A stretch of DNA of 64,000 bases from Lama glama. Lineage: Eukaryota. Positions 1 through 13,842 of the stretch are shown here, piece by piece. Numbering within the stretch: position 1 is the stretch's first letter; every line of letters starts with the position of its first letter. Both the position numbers and the translations under genes were made by a program. The DNA is taken from assembly GCA_028534125.1 (NCBI GenBank), contig CM052817.1, positions 24,368,001 to 24,432,000 on the forward strand, in the 5' to 3' direction. A model generated the notes under the pieces. That model was not told the origin of the DNA. It was given only the letters and a program-made list of their open reading frames with translations, and did no database searches.

Positions 1-104
1 AAAACGCTGCATGTAAAATATTTTTCAAACTTAAGAAGGTTATGGATAAGAAATCAATTTGCATTTTCATTTGTAAAGAGGAAGTAATTACTAAGTAAAG
101 CAAT

Positions 105-270
105 ATTAGAGCTAGAAGAGCCTTAAAAATTTACCTAGTGCATCCCATTTCATTTTAGAGGCAAGAACACTGATGTCAGAAAGAGTGATTTTTTTCAAAG
201 TAACACAGGATGAAGAGTGTACCTCCACACATGGTACTAGAAAATCCTTGGACCCTGGGGTGCTGGAGCT
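105..270 (-). mobile_element. Degenerate MIR-family SINE fragment
   Basis: cccatttcattttagaggcaagaacactga...aaagtaacacagga resembles the reverse-complement MIR core. Confidence 0.5.
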
Positions 271-844
271 TCTCCTAACCCTGGAATACTGCTGCCCCGA
301 TTTAATCTCTCTTAACAGTTCTCAGTCTTATGAAGGAAAAGTCAATGAAGGGTGAAAAGGAAGAAATAAAAGAAGTAAGGCATTTCGGCAAAGACTACTG
401 GCAAGATTTAACTGCTGAAGGATACCCAGAGAAGGAAAAAAGTGAACTATTTTGAAATCATATTTAAATAATTATAATGACCCAGAACTTTTCTTTTTGA
501 CTTGGGACATGGAAAAGGGAAGGAGAATACATTCTTCATTCTCATTTGTCCTTCCCTTTATTATTCACTTGTGACATCCATTATTCAGGTACCCAGACCA
601 GCCCAATGTAGTGTAACTTGTTTAATTCATGATATACATGAACTAAAAGTCCTGAGATTCACTGACATCTGAACTTTCTAGGCCTTCAAGTTCTGAAAGG
701 TTAATGAGTAAAGGAGAGTCCCCTTGTAAGGCACCATCACCCAACACTGCAGATTAAAGAGATTAGACATCAAGCAGAAGCACCTTCATGTCCACGGTGA
801 AGGGAATCCAGGAGAGCAGGTAGTAGCAGCCATTCATGGTCACA

Positions 845-1255
845 AGTTTTTAGCTACTCTGATAATCTCCAAAACTTACAAAGTCTCAATGGGATAAAAG
901 TTTATTCTCACATATTTAAATTTCAAATAGATATTCCTAACTTACCAGTCACTCTGCTTCAGTGAATCAGGGACTTAGACTCTGCCTCATCTATCTCTGC
1001 TATCTTCAAGTCCTGATTTCCAAGGTCACCATGCTTGTCTACTTCAATCCTGAAAGAGAAAAAGCAAAGCAGATTGATCACCCATGGAGATTTTTTACAT
1101 CAGACCTGGAAATAGAATATGTCACTTCCACTCACATTCCATTGCTGAGAATTCAGTCATGTGGTCACATCTAACTGCATAGGAAACTGGGAAATGCAGT
1201 TCAGCTATGTGCCTCAGAAGAAGAGAAAGAAGGTTTGGTCAACCATTAGCCACAG
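845..1255 (-). mobile_element. Old MaLR LTR (MLT1J/K/L-like)
   Basis: acttccactcacattccattg...tcagtcatgtggtcacatctaactgcataggaaactgggaaatgcagt matches the recalled old-MLT1 motif. Confidence 0.7.
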
Positions 1256-3319
1256 GTCTCTTGGAAAAATTCTAATAAAAATCATACTTCAAAAATTTAC
1301 CTGTTATCCCCACCCTCCAAAAAAAAGAAATTAAAAAATTTTAATTGTCTCTCTGAGCAGCACTATACTTTTTAAAAAATTATATAAAATATAAATGTAT
1401 TTTATATATGTGTATGTACATATACATACATACATATATATGTATTTTTTATTCTCACAAACAGTTCATATTGAAAAAGTCAGTCTAAAAATTTTTCATT
1501 GATCCCACCTGGACTTGAAATTACACTCATCAATAGCCAACCTTATCAGAGATTGTTTATTCAGGCAAGTCCCATACACTAATTCTCTAGTATGTCAGTG
1601 TGCTGTTTGGTACAGGATATATACAAGGACTAGCTCTTAAAATACATAACCTTGTGCATTTTCATTAGAACCTAACGAACAGAAACTAACAGAGCACCCA
1701 GTAGAGACGTTCACATATGTATTTATAGCTGACCCTAAAGCCATCTCAGGGGCTAACTTGGGCAGAATTTCAGGTGTTCAGAAATGCAAAATGAATTCCT
1801 ATTTTAATTAATGCTTAAAAGTAAATTGCATTAAGAGAATATACGCAAGACAAGATCACCTGTCATAATAATAAAAAATGCTTCCCATATTTGCACAGTA
1901 TGTACAATCTAAACAATCCCTTCAGCACATTTTAATTTTGTATTTGTTCATACTGTTCAATCAGTTTTCATCTGGGTATTACAATACCAATATACATGTA
2001 CTACTTACTGGGGAAATATGAATAATTTTTGATCCATTGTTATTACAACCCATCTCATGAAGTGACTTTGGAAATATTATATCATCTTGTCATCCCCAAT
2101 TTTGTAGCTCTGGTGTCCTTAATAAATTTATGGCTGAGGGAGACCTGTGCAATCAGAAAACTGCCTCAGAGTGAGCCTGGCCTTGGTGAAAGCTGAGTAG
2201 CCTAAGGAAGCTATTACTTAAAGCAGCCTCTCCCAAGCTGGGAAATATTTCAAATTAAAAATGAAAAGCAGCCTCACAAACTCAAATCACATGTCAGATG
2301 ATTGTGCTAATGACCTGTCAACAATTTCTTTAAATTCCTCTCTGTCTCTTCTACAGGGAAAGAAACACTACTTCTTAATTAGCACATTCACTAGTTGTCC
2401 CTTCATGGAAAGCATTTAGCTGGCTTCTGTGAAGCAAAGTCAGTAAGACCTGGCCCCTACCTCAACAAACTAACCATCTGTTGAGAGTCACAGGGAAGTG
2501 GAATCAGGAATAGAGAAACATCTCAGGTGGGAATGTGAGATGTGCTGAGTAGTCGCTTTCTCATGTTGTAGAAAAATACGGGCAAGGATGTTGGCAAAGA
2601 ATAATAAGTAGGGATGTATTTCCATATGCTGTGCTAGGCTTTTTAAATTAGCTCCATTGGTATGCGCTTAAAAGCAGGAGAGCAGTTCAAAATATTTACC
2701 AACTAGTACAGTTTGGGCACCAACTCAACAGTATACCCTGAATCTAAGCAACTAATCTGGCTTTACCAAAGAGTGCCAGCAGTGGGTGCCATGCTCAGGA
2801 GGTGAATTGAACACACAGTGAACCAAGAGAAGGTTGTAGCAGAACAGAGGCTATTGGAGGCTGCATAGGCTTACTATTGGATGAGGGAACACCAAACCCT
2901 TAAAGGTGATTTTTGTCTTTGCTCTGCAAGACCAACTCTGTTGTTACATCAGGAAATGGGGGCCAGATAGAATAAAGCCACTCCCAGCAATTGAGACTCT
3001 GCCATCCTGTGATTTCTCTAGGCCATCCAGAGGCTCCAAGTCATCTCATGGTGATAGATGTATTTCTAAAACCCTGGGATTTGAACAGAAACTAAGCTAT
3101 TGGAATGTTGAGAAAATAGTTGTAATGGCTTATTTTTTTTTAAATACAAAATTGAAACAAAGAAAATGCTAAATAATATATGTTGAAATATTTGCCTGTG
3201 GAATATGAGGTGTCCTTTTTGCACAGTCATCCAGTTGTTCTGCACAAATTAAACAGCTTGATTAGGGAACTCCCCTTACACCACCACGCGCACATACCTT
3301 TCTGCTGCACGCACACATG

Positions 3320-3548
3320 CAACCTTTTCTCAGATACTATAGCTCTTCCTAACTTCTAATTGTCTCTATTTTTTTCCATAATGTATATAATTATCCAAAA
3401 TAGTATTTTTTGTTGAATTTTTCTCCCCCAATAGAGTATCAGCTTCATGAGATAAAGGATTTGGTTTTATTATTATTCTGTTCATTCCTGCATCCACCCA
3501 TAACTAGAACAATGTTTGGGACATAGTAAACTCTCAATAAATATTGGT
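3320..3548 (+). mobile_element. L2 LINE 3' end
   Basis: agagtatcagcttcatgag...ctagaacaatgtttgggacatagtaaactctcaataaatatt is a typical L2 terminus. Confidence 0.7.
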
Positions 3549-4294
3549 ATATTATAAATAATTAATAACCATCATTGTCATCTAGTAAAGAGTTAATCTG
3601 TTTCAGTAATAGACACTTTAGAAGTTAAATTTTTTAGCATGAATGTCCATACCAGTTTGGGGATAGAAATGGGGTGATACCAATAATAACTTCAATCCTG
3701 ACCCCTCTTCCCAGCCTGGTGTTTCCACAGGTTGCCTCTCATTTTCTCACAAACTGGGCCTAATCTCAAATCATCCTGAGGCAAATTTGTCTGGTGTTTT
3801 CTTCCCCATATCCCTTCTCCATCAGATTAACATCCACTGCCCTCTAAACCATGGGAGAATACCTCCAGCTACCACACTAGACGTTGTTCACCATGAAAGC
3901 ACCCATCCTAGTGCTACCCTTTGCTTCTCTCAGAGCCAACTATCCTCAGGATGCTGGAGTGGTAGAGCAGTACCTGCAGGAGACGGAGAACGCCCCTTTT
4001 TCTCAAATGGTGTCCCACTATAACTGAACTCCAAGTACTGATTTTTGTCAACTTCTGGCTCCAATCACTCTGTCCATAGCGACCAGTATCAAATCAAGGG
4101 ACTTGGAAGGTGACAAAGAGCATGACTCCTTCTCCACCTCCCTCCCCCAGTTCATCTTTCCCTCACCTGCTTAATAGGCCACCCTGAAAATTTCTTTTCT
4201 CTTCTTTTGGCAAAACCTTCTCTCATGTACATGAGTCACTAAGTCACCAGTTCCACAAACACCATCTGAGTCCCACTTTGAATTTTTTTCAGAA

Positions 4295-4490
4295 ACCTTA
4301 ATACCCTACAATAACACTATCAGGGAGGCATTATTATTCCCATTTTATAGATGAAGAAATCGGTATTTATTCAGTTGGAGTGACTTATTTAAAATCACAA
4401 AACTGAGAAGTAATGAAAGATGAAAGTGGAATTCAATGTCAGAATTTTTATTTAATCTCAAGTCTGAGCTCTGAATGGCTAAACCATATC
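4295..4490 (-). mobile_element. MIR SINE
   Basis: attattattcccattttatagatgaagaaa...gtgactt core. Confidence 0.7.
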
Positions 4491-6059
4491 TGTTTAAAAT
4501 AAACATACTGAGCAGCATTACTCTTTTCATGAAACATAGTAATAGGGAAAGAAGGAAGCAAATGTACTCTTAGAGGGCTGGAAAAGATAGGCTAAGGAGC
4601 CGGAAGAACAAGGGTCATAATGAACATGGGCAAAACTGTAATCATTTCACCTGGAATGATATGGATTCTAATTTTGGCTTTGATCCCAGCCTCTCCTCAG
4701 TCTCTTAGGCAGTTAACCAGTTTACCTACAGTACGTCAGAAGGGACCTGCCACCTTAACCCTCATCCAGCTGTCTCCCTATTTAAAACACCTGGTCTCAC
4801 TGTCATCCCACCTAAAAGATATTACACTTCATTATATTGAAGATCTAAGAATAAAGACCAAATTATTTCCTAAATGTTGTTAATTCAATCCTATCAATTG
4901 TGTAATCAGGTCCTTTGAAAGTGTAGAACTACCTAGTAATTAGTGAATAAAGGGACTAAAATAATATTTGTGAAGCTGTTAATCTAATCCAAATAGTTGG
5001 ACTTCACATGCCAGAGAGTCAGCCCCTCTCAGTCAATACAGAAGTGGAGAGTGCTTTGAAGTATTACATATATTTATATAATGTACACCTTTTTCCACTT
5101 TAGCATCCTAGCAAAGTACTTGCAGTGGTTACAAATATTTTTAATTAATTTAGAAACAACCTTTAATCATCTCACCCATCTTTCTGCCAGTAAAAGATAG
5201 TCTCTGGGTTACAGTTCTTTTTGTTTTTTAACTTTAAATTTCTCAAATTATGGGCAGTTTAACAGTTTCCTTAGAAATTAAACTAGAGGAAGGAAAAAAA
5301 AGGGAAGTGTATAAAGTAATAATTAAGCTTAACTCCAGTCCAGTTCTTCATAAGTCTCCCAAAATTGCTTGCAAATGCTATTATTTCAGGCAAATTTAGA
5401 AAGCTACTTGTACCAGTGCATATTAAAAGAGTGTCAGGGGAAAATGCAAATTTGCATGCCTGAAGCAAAGACTAAGCCAGAATGCATGGAGGCTACAGAG
5501 AAATGTTAAAGTGTTAACAGATGCTAGATTGGGCACATTAACATAGAGCTTCTCACGTACTGAGAGGAGAGGGAGGAGTTAGGACCCAGGCTGTTTCAGT
5601 GACTAAATCTCCATTTCTCTTCCTCTCCCTCTTGTAATACCTCGCGGCCCTCTAATTCGCCTCCAGCCACTTCTCTTTTCTCTTACTCTCCTTTCCTCTT
5701 CTCTCAACTCACAAAATATTACAAGGGCAGCTAGCAGGGGGACATGGTAAAGACATTCATGTCCCTTTTCTGCCTCAAACCCTGAGCAGAGCTCAGGACT
5801 GCCAAGCTGGTCCAGGTAAGGTTGAGCCTCAAGAAATACAGGTGTGTGTCTAAGGCTTTCTAATTTGTTTATAATGAAGGCATATAAAAATCCCCTCTAA
5901 TATTTTGGGGGCTCAGATATGTGATAAAATGTAATTGTGGTGTCAAATGTCATTCTTCAGAGTTTAACGTTATCAAAGAAGATCCATGCATCCATTAGCA
6001 ACTCACCAATAATCTCAAAATATGGTCATGAGAATATTGAGAGCACCTTACCAACTCAG

Positions 6060-6230
6060 ACACTGAGTATTGAATATATGCCATATAGCCACTTTGAGAG
6101 ACAGGTTCTTTTCTATCCTCAGTTTATAGGTGAAGAAATTGGAGTCTAAAAATGTTAAGCAATTTATTTGTCAGATAATCAGTAACAGAGGTGGGACTCA
6201 AACACTTGTCTGCCAAAACTTCTTAGAACT
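6060..6230 (-). mobile_element. MIR SINE fragment
   Basis: tatcctcagtttataggtgaagaaattggagtct...gggactcaaacac. Confidence 0.6.
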
Positions 6231-6300
6231 AAGCCACATGATTAATAATCATCTGGTATTTCTTCTCTTTATCTTCTTTCAATGACTTTCCTATTATTTT

Positions 6301-6444
6301 CTTTTTTCTTTAACATATAGTCAGTTTACAATGTGTCAGTTCCTGGCACAGCAAAACAGTTCAGTCATACATGTACATACATATATTCATTTTCATATAC
6401 TTTTTCATTATAGGTTGCTACAAGATACTGAATATAGTTCCATG
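6301..6444 (-). mobile_element. Short 5'-truncated camelid-type L1 3' end with 13-bp TSD
   Basis: T-rich tail then L1 3'UTR (catatagtcagtttacaatgt...tacaagatactgaatatagttcc); flanked by TTCCTATTATTTT at 6288-6300 and 6445-6457. Confidence 0.85.
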
Positions 6445-7123
6445 TTCCTATTATTTTTCTTTACTTCTACCAACCCATAGTTACCAGGCACCTGATTCTC
6501 ATGGATCTTCCTTTCCTTCCTCCTTTTCCAACTGAAGTTGCTATTATCTTATCCCTTCGGATGACCTACTCTATGAGAAATGGAAGTAGCCATCAAATAC
6601 CCTTCCCAAGGCAGGGAGCCCATGAGACCCATCTCTAAAATGGTTCTAGGGCATGATCCAGGGTTCCTGTCAAAAGTCAAATCCCTTCATTTTCTTCATT
6701 TTAAATCAATCTCTAGACCAAAAAAAAAAATGTGGATATGTTAGACACATGTAACCTAGTGACCAATGAGAAGAATTATCAGTCCAAACAGCTGAAGATG
6801 TATATTAATTAGTCCAACTGCCATTCGAGAGGGGAAAGGAATAGGTGAGCCTTGGGAATAGAGGAGACAATAACACCATCTGACTAATGACCTCCCCATG
6901 AGAGGCAAGGAGTTCACTTTTAAGAGTTACAGTGGTGGAAATAAATGATGCTGGCTTCGTGGAGGCAAGGACTCCTGGTCCAGCTCCCACTTCTCTTCCC
7001 TCTTCTTCACTGAGGACAGAGGCAGTAGGAACAGCTACAAAGGATAATGTAACCTTAATTAACAGTGATTCCATATTTACATCCACTCCATCAGGTATAA
7101 CACAAGAAAACAGAATTCATGCC

Positions 7124-7481
7124 TGCTATAGATTCAAAGTTTGTGTCCTTCTCAAAAATTCATATATAGAAGCCTTAATCTCCAGTGTGATGACATTTGG
7201 AAGTGGGGCCTTTGGGAGGTAATTAGATTTAGATTAAGTCATGAGGTTGACGCCCTCAGCATCCCATCATAAGAAGAGGAAGAGACCAGAACTCTGCCAC
7301 TTGATTATATGGCAAGAAGGTGGCTGTCTCCAAAACAGGAAGAGGGCTCTTACCAGACACCAAATCTGCCACATCTTGACCTTGGATTTCTCAGCCTTCA
7401 GAGCTGTGGGAAATAAATTTCTGCTATGTAAGCTACCAAGTCTATGGTATTTTGTTATAGTAGCCCCAGCAATCTAAGACA
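7124..7481 (+). mobile_element. MaLR solo LTR, MLT1A/MLT1A0-like, perfect 5-bp TSD
   Basis: TG...CA termini (tgctatag...ctaagaca), AATAAA near the 3' end, ATGCC at 7119-7123 and 7482-7486. Confidence 0.92.
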
Positions 7482-8639
7482 ATGCCCAAAGTCTTTGGTA
7501 AGAACTGATTATCATGCATACTTAGTGACCTACTGGCCCAGAGATCTCAGTACAATGGGGTGAACACAAGAAAATATCTTCTGGACAGATAAGAGGAAAA
7601 ATGGAGTTGGAATTGGAGTTGGAGACCAAGTAAGGAGAAGCTATGAGAGAGCTGAGTCGCTGGTATCCCTGGATTGTAACAGGACAAAGTAATCCTAATG
7701 CTGGAAAAGCAAGAATTCTTGCACTTGAGAACCATCCCTAGAATGGTGCCTCAAGCCCCCCAGGAGGCAGTGGTGGCACCAGCTGCAGCATCACCAGTGA
7801 ATCTCTGCAAACACAACAGTGGGCAGGCTTTCCAGTGCTCCCTCCTCCTGGTGAAAAGCAGCAGCACTGGCTGGTTCTTGGATTGAAAAGCCCCAAGATT
7901 CATGGAATTATCAAAGGAGCAGAGACTTCACTGAGGAAAGAAAAACTGTTTTTGCAATTGCATTGTGTAACTGGGGAGCCAGGATTATTTAAATTGACTA
8001 TCATCAATGAATAATGGTTCATTTGGTACTCCAGACTACAGCAGCTCACATCCCAGGACTACATGAGAGTTTCCAGGCTAGGAGTCAAGGATCCCATCTG
8101 CAAATTTATGTTCACTTATAGTAGACAGTACATTATAGAGCAGGGTCTAATTATTAAAGAGAGGTATCTTGATAATGAGTTTACTGTTTATTTCTTCCTT
8201 TACAACCTCTACTAAGGTATTCATAGGCAGAAAGTTTCTCCTTTACTGTCAAGATGTCTTTTTCTCCCATTTTCCTGGAACCCAAGAGATGCTGAGCCGG
8301 TCTTCTCTTTTCTGCAGGATGAAGGCACTGAGAACCTCAGCTGGGCTTTCCTATGCTCACATCGCCCACAGTGGCTTACGTCAGTACAGCAGCCTTGGAG
8401 CTGCCAGCTCCACTTCTCATCCAAGGGTTCTTTAGTTCCTTACACCATGTATACAGAGTGTCTCACAGAACATGAGGCTGAATAAATGCCACATTTCCAC
8501 ACTTTATTTAAACCTCCTAAGGATAAAGCATTTGTGCAATAGTTAATCATAAGTCACTTGATTTGTTAGCTTAGAGCTCATAGAAGTAAATGTCTAAGTA
8601 CCAAGGGATCGATCTAAGAACACATGCCTCCTTCTGGTT

Positions 8640-8855
8640 GAAGTTCCACTTCCTGGATGAAGCTTTGCTACTTAATCATTGCATTTCTTTAGGCAAGTTA
8701 CTTTAACTTTTTTCTTCTGTAAAATGGGAATAATAATGAGAGTGTTTTTAAATGCCACAATTTTTTCTTAGGATTGTTGTGAAGTTTACATGAAATGTTA
8801 CATATAAAGCACTGGTCACAGTGTCCAGCATATAGTGAGAACTCAATCAATGCCG
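8640..8855 (+). mobile_element. MIR SINE
   Basis: ggcaagttactt...ctgtaaaatgggaataataat...ggattgttgtgaag...catatagtgagaactcaat. Confidence 0.8.
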
Positions 8856-9959
8856 CTGATGAAGGAAGACTAAGGGACTTGCCCAAGACTCCACAAAGAT
8901 GGGCAAAGGGAGGGGAGAATCTGAGTGGCATGATGTTTTGTCTCTTGAGGTGCAGACCCTTTTGCTGTCCTGCACGCAGATGGGAATGGTGCAAATAGAT
9001 GAGGAAAAGAAGATAAAACTAGAGCAAAGAAAGCTGACTCCAGCTATTGTCTCCTTTCCTTACCCTTAGAGGAATATAGTGCCTATAACTACTGCAATGA
9101 CACAGGCAGAGGTCTCTTTATTTAAAAGTTAACAAAAGGAAAAGATCTCTTTCTGAATTTTGCTTATTAGCCAAAATAAAAATAACCCAGCTATGCCACA
9201 GCTAAATTTGGATTTCTTTCTCTATCCTGCCTCTCTCTTTTTCATCCAGTCTCTATCCATCCTTCAGCTCCACCTTCAAAATTCCATGGGGAATGAAAAC
9301 TTTTACTTTAGAATTGAACTTTAGCATTGCTTGGGAAGATAGTCAGAGCTGCTGTGAGCACCTGCAGATGCAGGAGGGAAGGCTAGTCCTGGATGGAGAC
9401 AGAGCTGGGCAGGGTTCTGGGAACAACTTTGACTTGATCCTCCTTAGCTAAGCCCCTAACATAGTACCTGCCTTAGTTCCTTTGCTTAAAGTTCTTTATA
9501 TTTGATTTTTCTATTATCACTCACAGTGTACAGATCAATGCTTCATGTAACTAAATAACAGCAATTGGGAGGAAATGAGGGTAGTTGCCACTGATAAGGC
9601 ACTTTTGTGCAAATCGGGAGAAAGCACCTGCTGAAGTCAGTACAGCCCCAGCCGAAGCCTGTGGTTTAGCTGGAGTAACGTAAGTTCAACGTCAGCTTCC
9701 AGTTGCTCTCTCTGCTCCAGGCACCTTTGTGAAGAGCAGAAAAATGTATCAGTCTTGGTGCTCAGCAAATATTCTTTGCTATGATAACACCTCCTCCCTG
9801 AACTTTTTTCCCAACTATTTCTGTGGCAAGCAGACTCTGATTTGTAACAAGTATCTCAATGAAGTCTTGAGTAGTAACAATTTTATAACTATAGTCATAA
9901 GCTCAGGTAGGTGCAGCAACAACATAATAGAGTTGCAGAGAACATAATGATAAAGATTT

Positions 9960-10130
9960 ATTTTCCCTGAACATTTATGAACATAATCGTTAAGGCCGTT
10001 CCATGTACTATCACATTTAATATTCACAACAGTCTATGAGGAACATTACCATTTTACACATGAGAAAACATTAAGTGAGAAAAGTTCATTAACTTGAACT
10101 TCTGGAGCAAAGAATTGAACCCATGTCATG
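9960..10130 (-). mobile_element. MIR SINE fragment
   Basis: atttaatattcacaacagtctatgag...ccattttacacatgagaaaac. Confidence 0.65.
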
Positions 10131-10135
10131 CTAAA

Positions 10136-10627
10136 TGTTATTTCCCAAATTTTGAGACCAGTAGAATATGAAATATTTTAAGTTTCACTGATACACAGGT
10201 ACAGCATTAAACACCATGCAACTGCCTGGTGAGGCTGTAATTCTCCTTTCAGTTTTCTCTCAATCATTCTGATGGTGATTCAGTCTGGTGCCAGCATCAC
10301 TATAACACACACTTACTCATCTTCCAAAAAAATAGCAGATCTCAGGCTCAAAGCCTTCAACAGTAGTATCCAAATAGAAATTAACCACAATTTAAATCAT
10401 AATATTATCTTCTATTTATGGCAAATGATATTGGTTCTCCATTTGCCATCTATCATGCAGTTTCCTTTTAAATAAAATCAAGAAAGTTTTAAAGAAAAAA
10501 CTATTAAGCAAATACCAATGTGATACATTCACTATGATAGAAATTGTGGGAGTGGTAGTCAGAGGCGCTTAGATATGGCAAAAATTGGGAAGATGTTAAG
10601 TCAGCAACTAAGAATTGAGAAACAGTG
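10136..10627. mobile_element. hAT-Charlie non-autonomous DNA transposon (Charlie4-like)
   Basis: tttcccaaa start and ttgagaaacagtg end resemble Charlie TIRs; internal gcagatctcaggctcaaagcc motif. Confidence 0.5.
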
Positions 10628-10649
10628 CCATATACCATTCAGCCACTTT

Positions 10650-10890
10650 CATGGGGTTTGATGTCAAGAAATACATGAGTTTGCCTCCCAGTTTTACTGG
10701 TTACTAGCTGGTTACTAGGTGTTGGAAAATCATTTAGTCTCTCTAAGTCTCAGTCTTCTCATCTAAAAAAAAAAAAACAGTTCTTAATATCCACTTTAAA
10801 GGTATTATTATGATAGATAAATAAATAATTTTTGTGACCATACCTTGACTATACCTGGCATACAGTAGGTGCTCAATAAATATTAGTTTC
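10650..10890 (+). mobile_element. MIR SINE
   Basis: ctctaagtctcagtcttctcatct...cctggcatacagtaggtgctcaataaatattag. Confidence 0.8.
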
Positions 10891-12114
10891 TTCTACTCTC
10901 TCCCTTCCTTTAGTTACCGGAGTTGGTAGAAGAATGTTTCATCTTCTTCATCGGTCAGCAAGAGCTCTTTTTATTAACTTCTTTCTTTTCTTTAATTTTT
11001 TTTATTAAATAATGAGCAGGAAAAGGTATTTATAAAATTTATCTTTGGCATAAAGCAAAACAAATTAACGAACTAGAAATTGATCATTGCCTTACTTTAT
11101 AGCATCTATATATCTCTTTCCTTCCCCGCCACATTCAGATGTAACCAGTTTCCTAAATTTAGGGTTTCTTATCCTTTGTTTTCTTTGTAGTTTTACTTCC
11201 CTGAACTACCACTTGAAAGCACCACTCTCCTAATGGCTCCCCTCAGCGCTATTACATCAGAAAGAAACAACCTTGAATTTTCTTTAAGCTTTGTGTTTTG
11301 GGCTTTATAGCTATTTAGGCTTAACTGTAAACACTACATTCTTGACATTTCCCAAAGGAAAATCATGAAACACAGACTGTAATTTAAATACTTACAAAGC
11401 ATCAGTAACCTGCACATGGAGGTGTCTAGGTGTGATCAGAGTCTCACAATTAAGGTGGGGAGGTTAATTCATGTGATTATTTAGAGATTGAGAATATCCC
11501 CTTACTCTTATTGCTTCACCATCCCCTAGGATGTGTCCTTGTCTGTATGGCCAAAGTTGGGTTCTGGGCACAACCAGTTTAGAGCTCACAAGAAGGGGAA
11601 AGAGAGGAGGTCCAGTGTAAGCAATGGAAAGTCATCCTCCAATTCTGAAGGAACAACCATGGAGAGATGATTTAAGGAGAATCAAGTCCCTGCTCCTTTT
11701 GAGGAGGGGCTAAATCAAAAGTGAGGTGAGAGAGACACCTTGAGATCCTCAGCCAGAGGATGGGCTACAGTGGTGCAAATCCAGCATCTTTAAATGATGC
11801 ACTTAGACCATCTATTCTTGTGGCTCCCACAGAAGCAAGCAACTAAAGATGGACTCTGGTAGTTACTGCCATGCTGTAATGCACGGGAGTTCCCCACTAT
11901 CACATTTTTTCCTGCCACATATAACCAGAGGGTAAATGGCAGATCATTAAATATACCACTCTAGGCCTGAGGGTGAAAATTTAGACTAACAAGCATTGAG
12001 TTCCACTACTCCTTTTATGTCCGTCTAACCCAATTAGAGGCATTAAAAAAAAGTCTAGTAGCTATCTGTAAGTCCCATGAGTACACTTTCCTAGAATTCA
12101 GGATTTGGGGGGTA

Positions 12115-12262
12115 ATTTTTCCAAGTTTTATTGAAACATAATTGGCATACAGCACTGTATGGGTTTAAGGTATGCAGTATAAAGACTTAACATACAAATA
12201 TTATAAAATTATTACCACAATAAGTTTAGGTAACATCCATCATCTCGTATAGATACCAAAAA
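12115..12262 (-). mobile_element. Short L1 3' end (laurasiatherian L1MA9/L1_Art-like)
   Basis: ttttattgaaacataattggcatacagcactgtat...attaccacaataagtttag...catccatcatctc. Confidence 0.75.
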
Positions 12263-12784
12263 AAGAGAAAAAAATGAAATTCTTACCTAATATACATCAG
12301 ACTAGAATGTTATCAGGTACCCTTTGTGCTTATGAAGCACTTACTTTTTCCTAATATACTCTTTGCTATAAAACTTAATACTGAGTCCACATGGGAAAAA
12401 TTTATTTGCAGAAAACGTTTTAGCTATTTCTTACATGAAACTGTCAGAGTTTTTTGTTTTTGCCTCCATTTCTCAGTAAAACATGTTGGCAACAAATTTC
12501 TAGGCAAAATGTTGGTCCATGGCAATTGAATGTTAGTAGTGATACTGGTGAGGGAGAACAGGTGAATGAATTGATTGAAATATTTAAATGTTATCAAAAT
12601 ATTATGAGGATGATTGGCACGTAGTCCAGTTGTTATGTTATTTATCTAGAAGAGTTAGGCAAGAGGGACATAACTGATCCTGATTATTATTAACCTATCC
12701 ACATGAGCTGATCAGTTATTCTAGTGCTGGGACACAACAATGAACAAAATAGACAAAGCCCCTGCCATTATTGTTATTCTATTT

Positions 12785-13842
12785 GTTGGGCAAGGTCACT
12801 GGCTGGGCTCTCCGTTAAGCAGAGCCTCCAACTGCATTCCTTAGTTGTGTGGGGCTAGAGACTATTCTCTGCAGTCAGGTAGGGTGTGGGGGGACAGTTG
12901 TCATTCAGCTACAGGTCTGGTAAGGCTGCAGGCTATGCTGTGCAGTTGGGTTAGGTCACAAGTGGGACTCCGTGCCTGAGTGAGGCCAGAGGTTGTATTC
13001 AGCAATTGGGCATGATCGTATGCTGGGCTCTGCTGCTGGGTAGGTTGGCAGGCTGGTCTCTAAGGCTGCTTAGGGTCACTGTTCAAGCTCCCTGGTTATC
13101 TGGGGCTAGCAAGCCATAGGATGTGACCTGTAGCTGCTGGGCAATTCTGGTCACACTACCCAGTGAGGCAGGGCTGAAGACTTTGCTAAGCAGTTGGGAG
13201 GGACTATGAATTTACTCCCATCTCTGGATGGGCTGCAGGATGTGCTCCACAGCCAGTATAACCCATTGGCTTGAGATCCAAATCAGGCAGAACTGCTAAT
13301 TGAGCTTCCTAGCCAGACACAGCCACCAGCTCAGCTCTGCAGATGGGCTGCTGGCTGGGATCTCTGCTTGAGTACTGCTGCAGGCAGGAACATGGTCTGC
13401 CAATGTTTGAGCACCGATTGCTCTGAACTCTGCCTGACTTCTCCATCTGTATATTATCCTCAGTAGTTGAGCTTCACAGGTTTCCCCAGTGATCCCCATG
13501 AGGTGAAACCCCAGTGAGCCTCCCAGGAAGTATCCCACAATACTGGGGAAGTGGGGTTCTCTTTTTCTCACTGGATAAGCTGTAGGCCCAAGGATCCAGC
13601 AGTGGAGACTCACTTCAGCACTGTACCAGTCTGTAGGGGAAGTGGTGCAGTGTGAAACTGCTCTTCTTACCCATCTAACATGGTCCTTCTCAATGTCTGT
13701 GGTCTGAGGGGTGCTTCAGCCTCACCTTCAGGTTCTGAGGTTTTTTACAATGGTGTCTTGTGTATGGATTGTTGCTAGTTCATCTTCTTGTGAGGGAGAC
13801 TGAGTCAGGAAAACCTGTGTCACCATCTTAAGATGTCAACCC
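12785..13842 (-). mobile_element. Old L1 5'UTR (L1M3/L1M4-type 5' end)
   Basis: GC-richer sub-repetitive sequence ending in caccatcttaagatgtcaaccc; its reverse complement gggttgacatcttaagatggtg is a typical old-L1 start. Confidence 0.7.

Noticed and set aside
2655..2800. Possible short hAT-Tip100-like relic (also ~3225-3320 and ~33975-34025)
   Set aside because: Similarity too short and degenerate to assign by eye.
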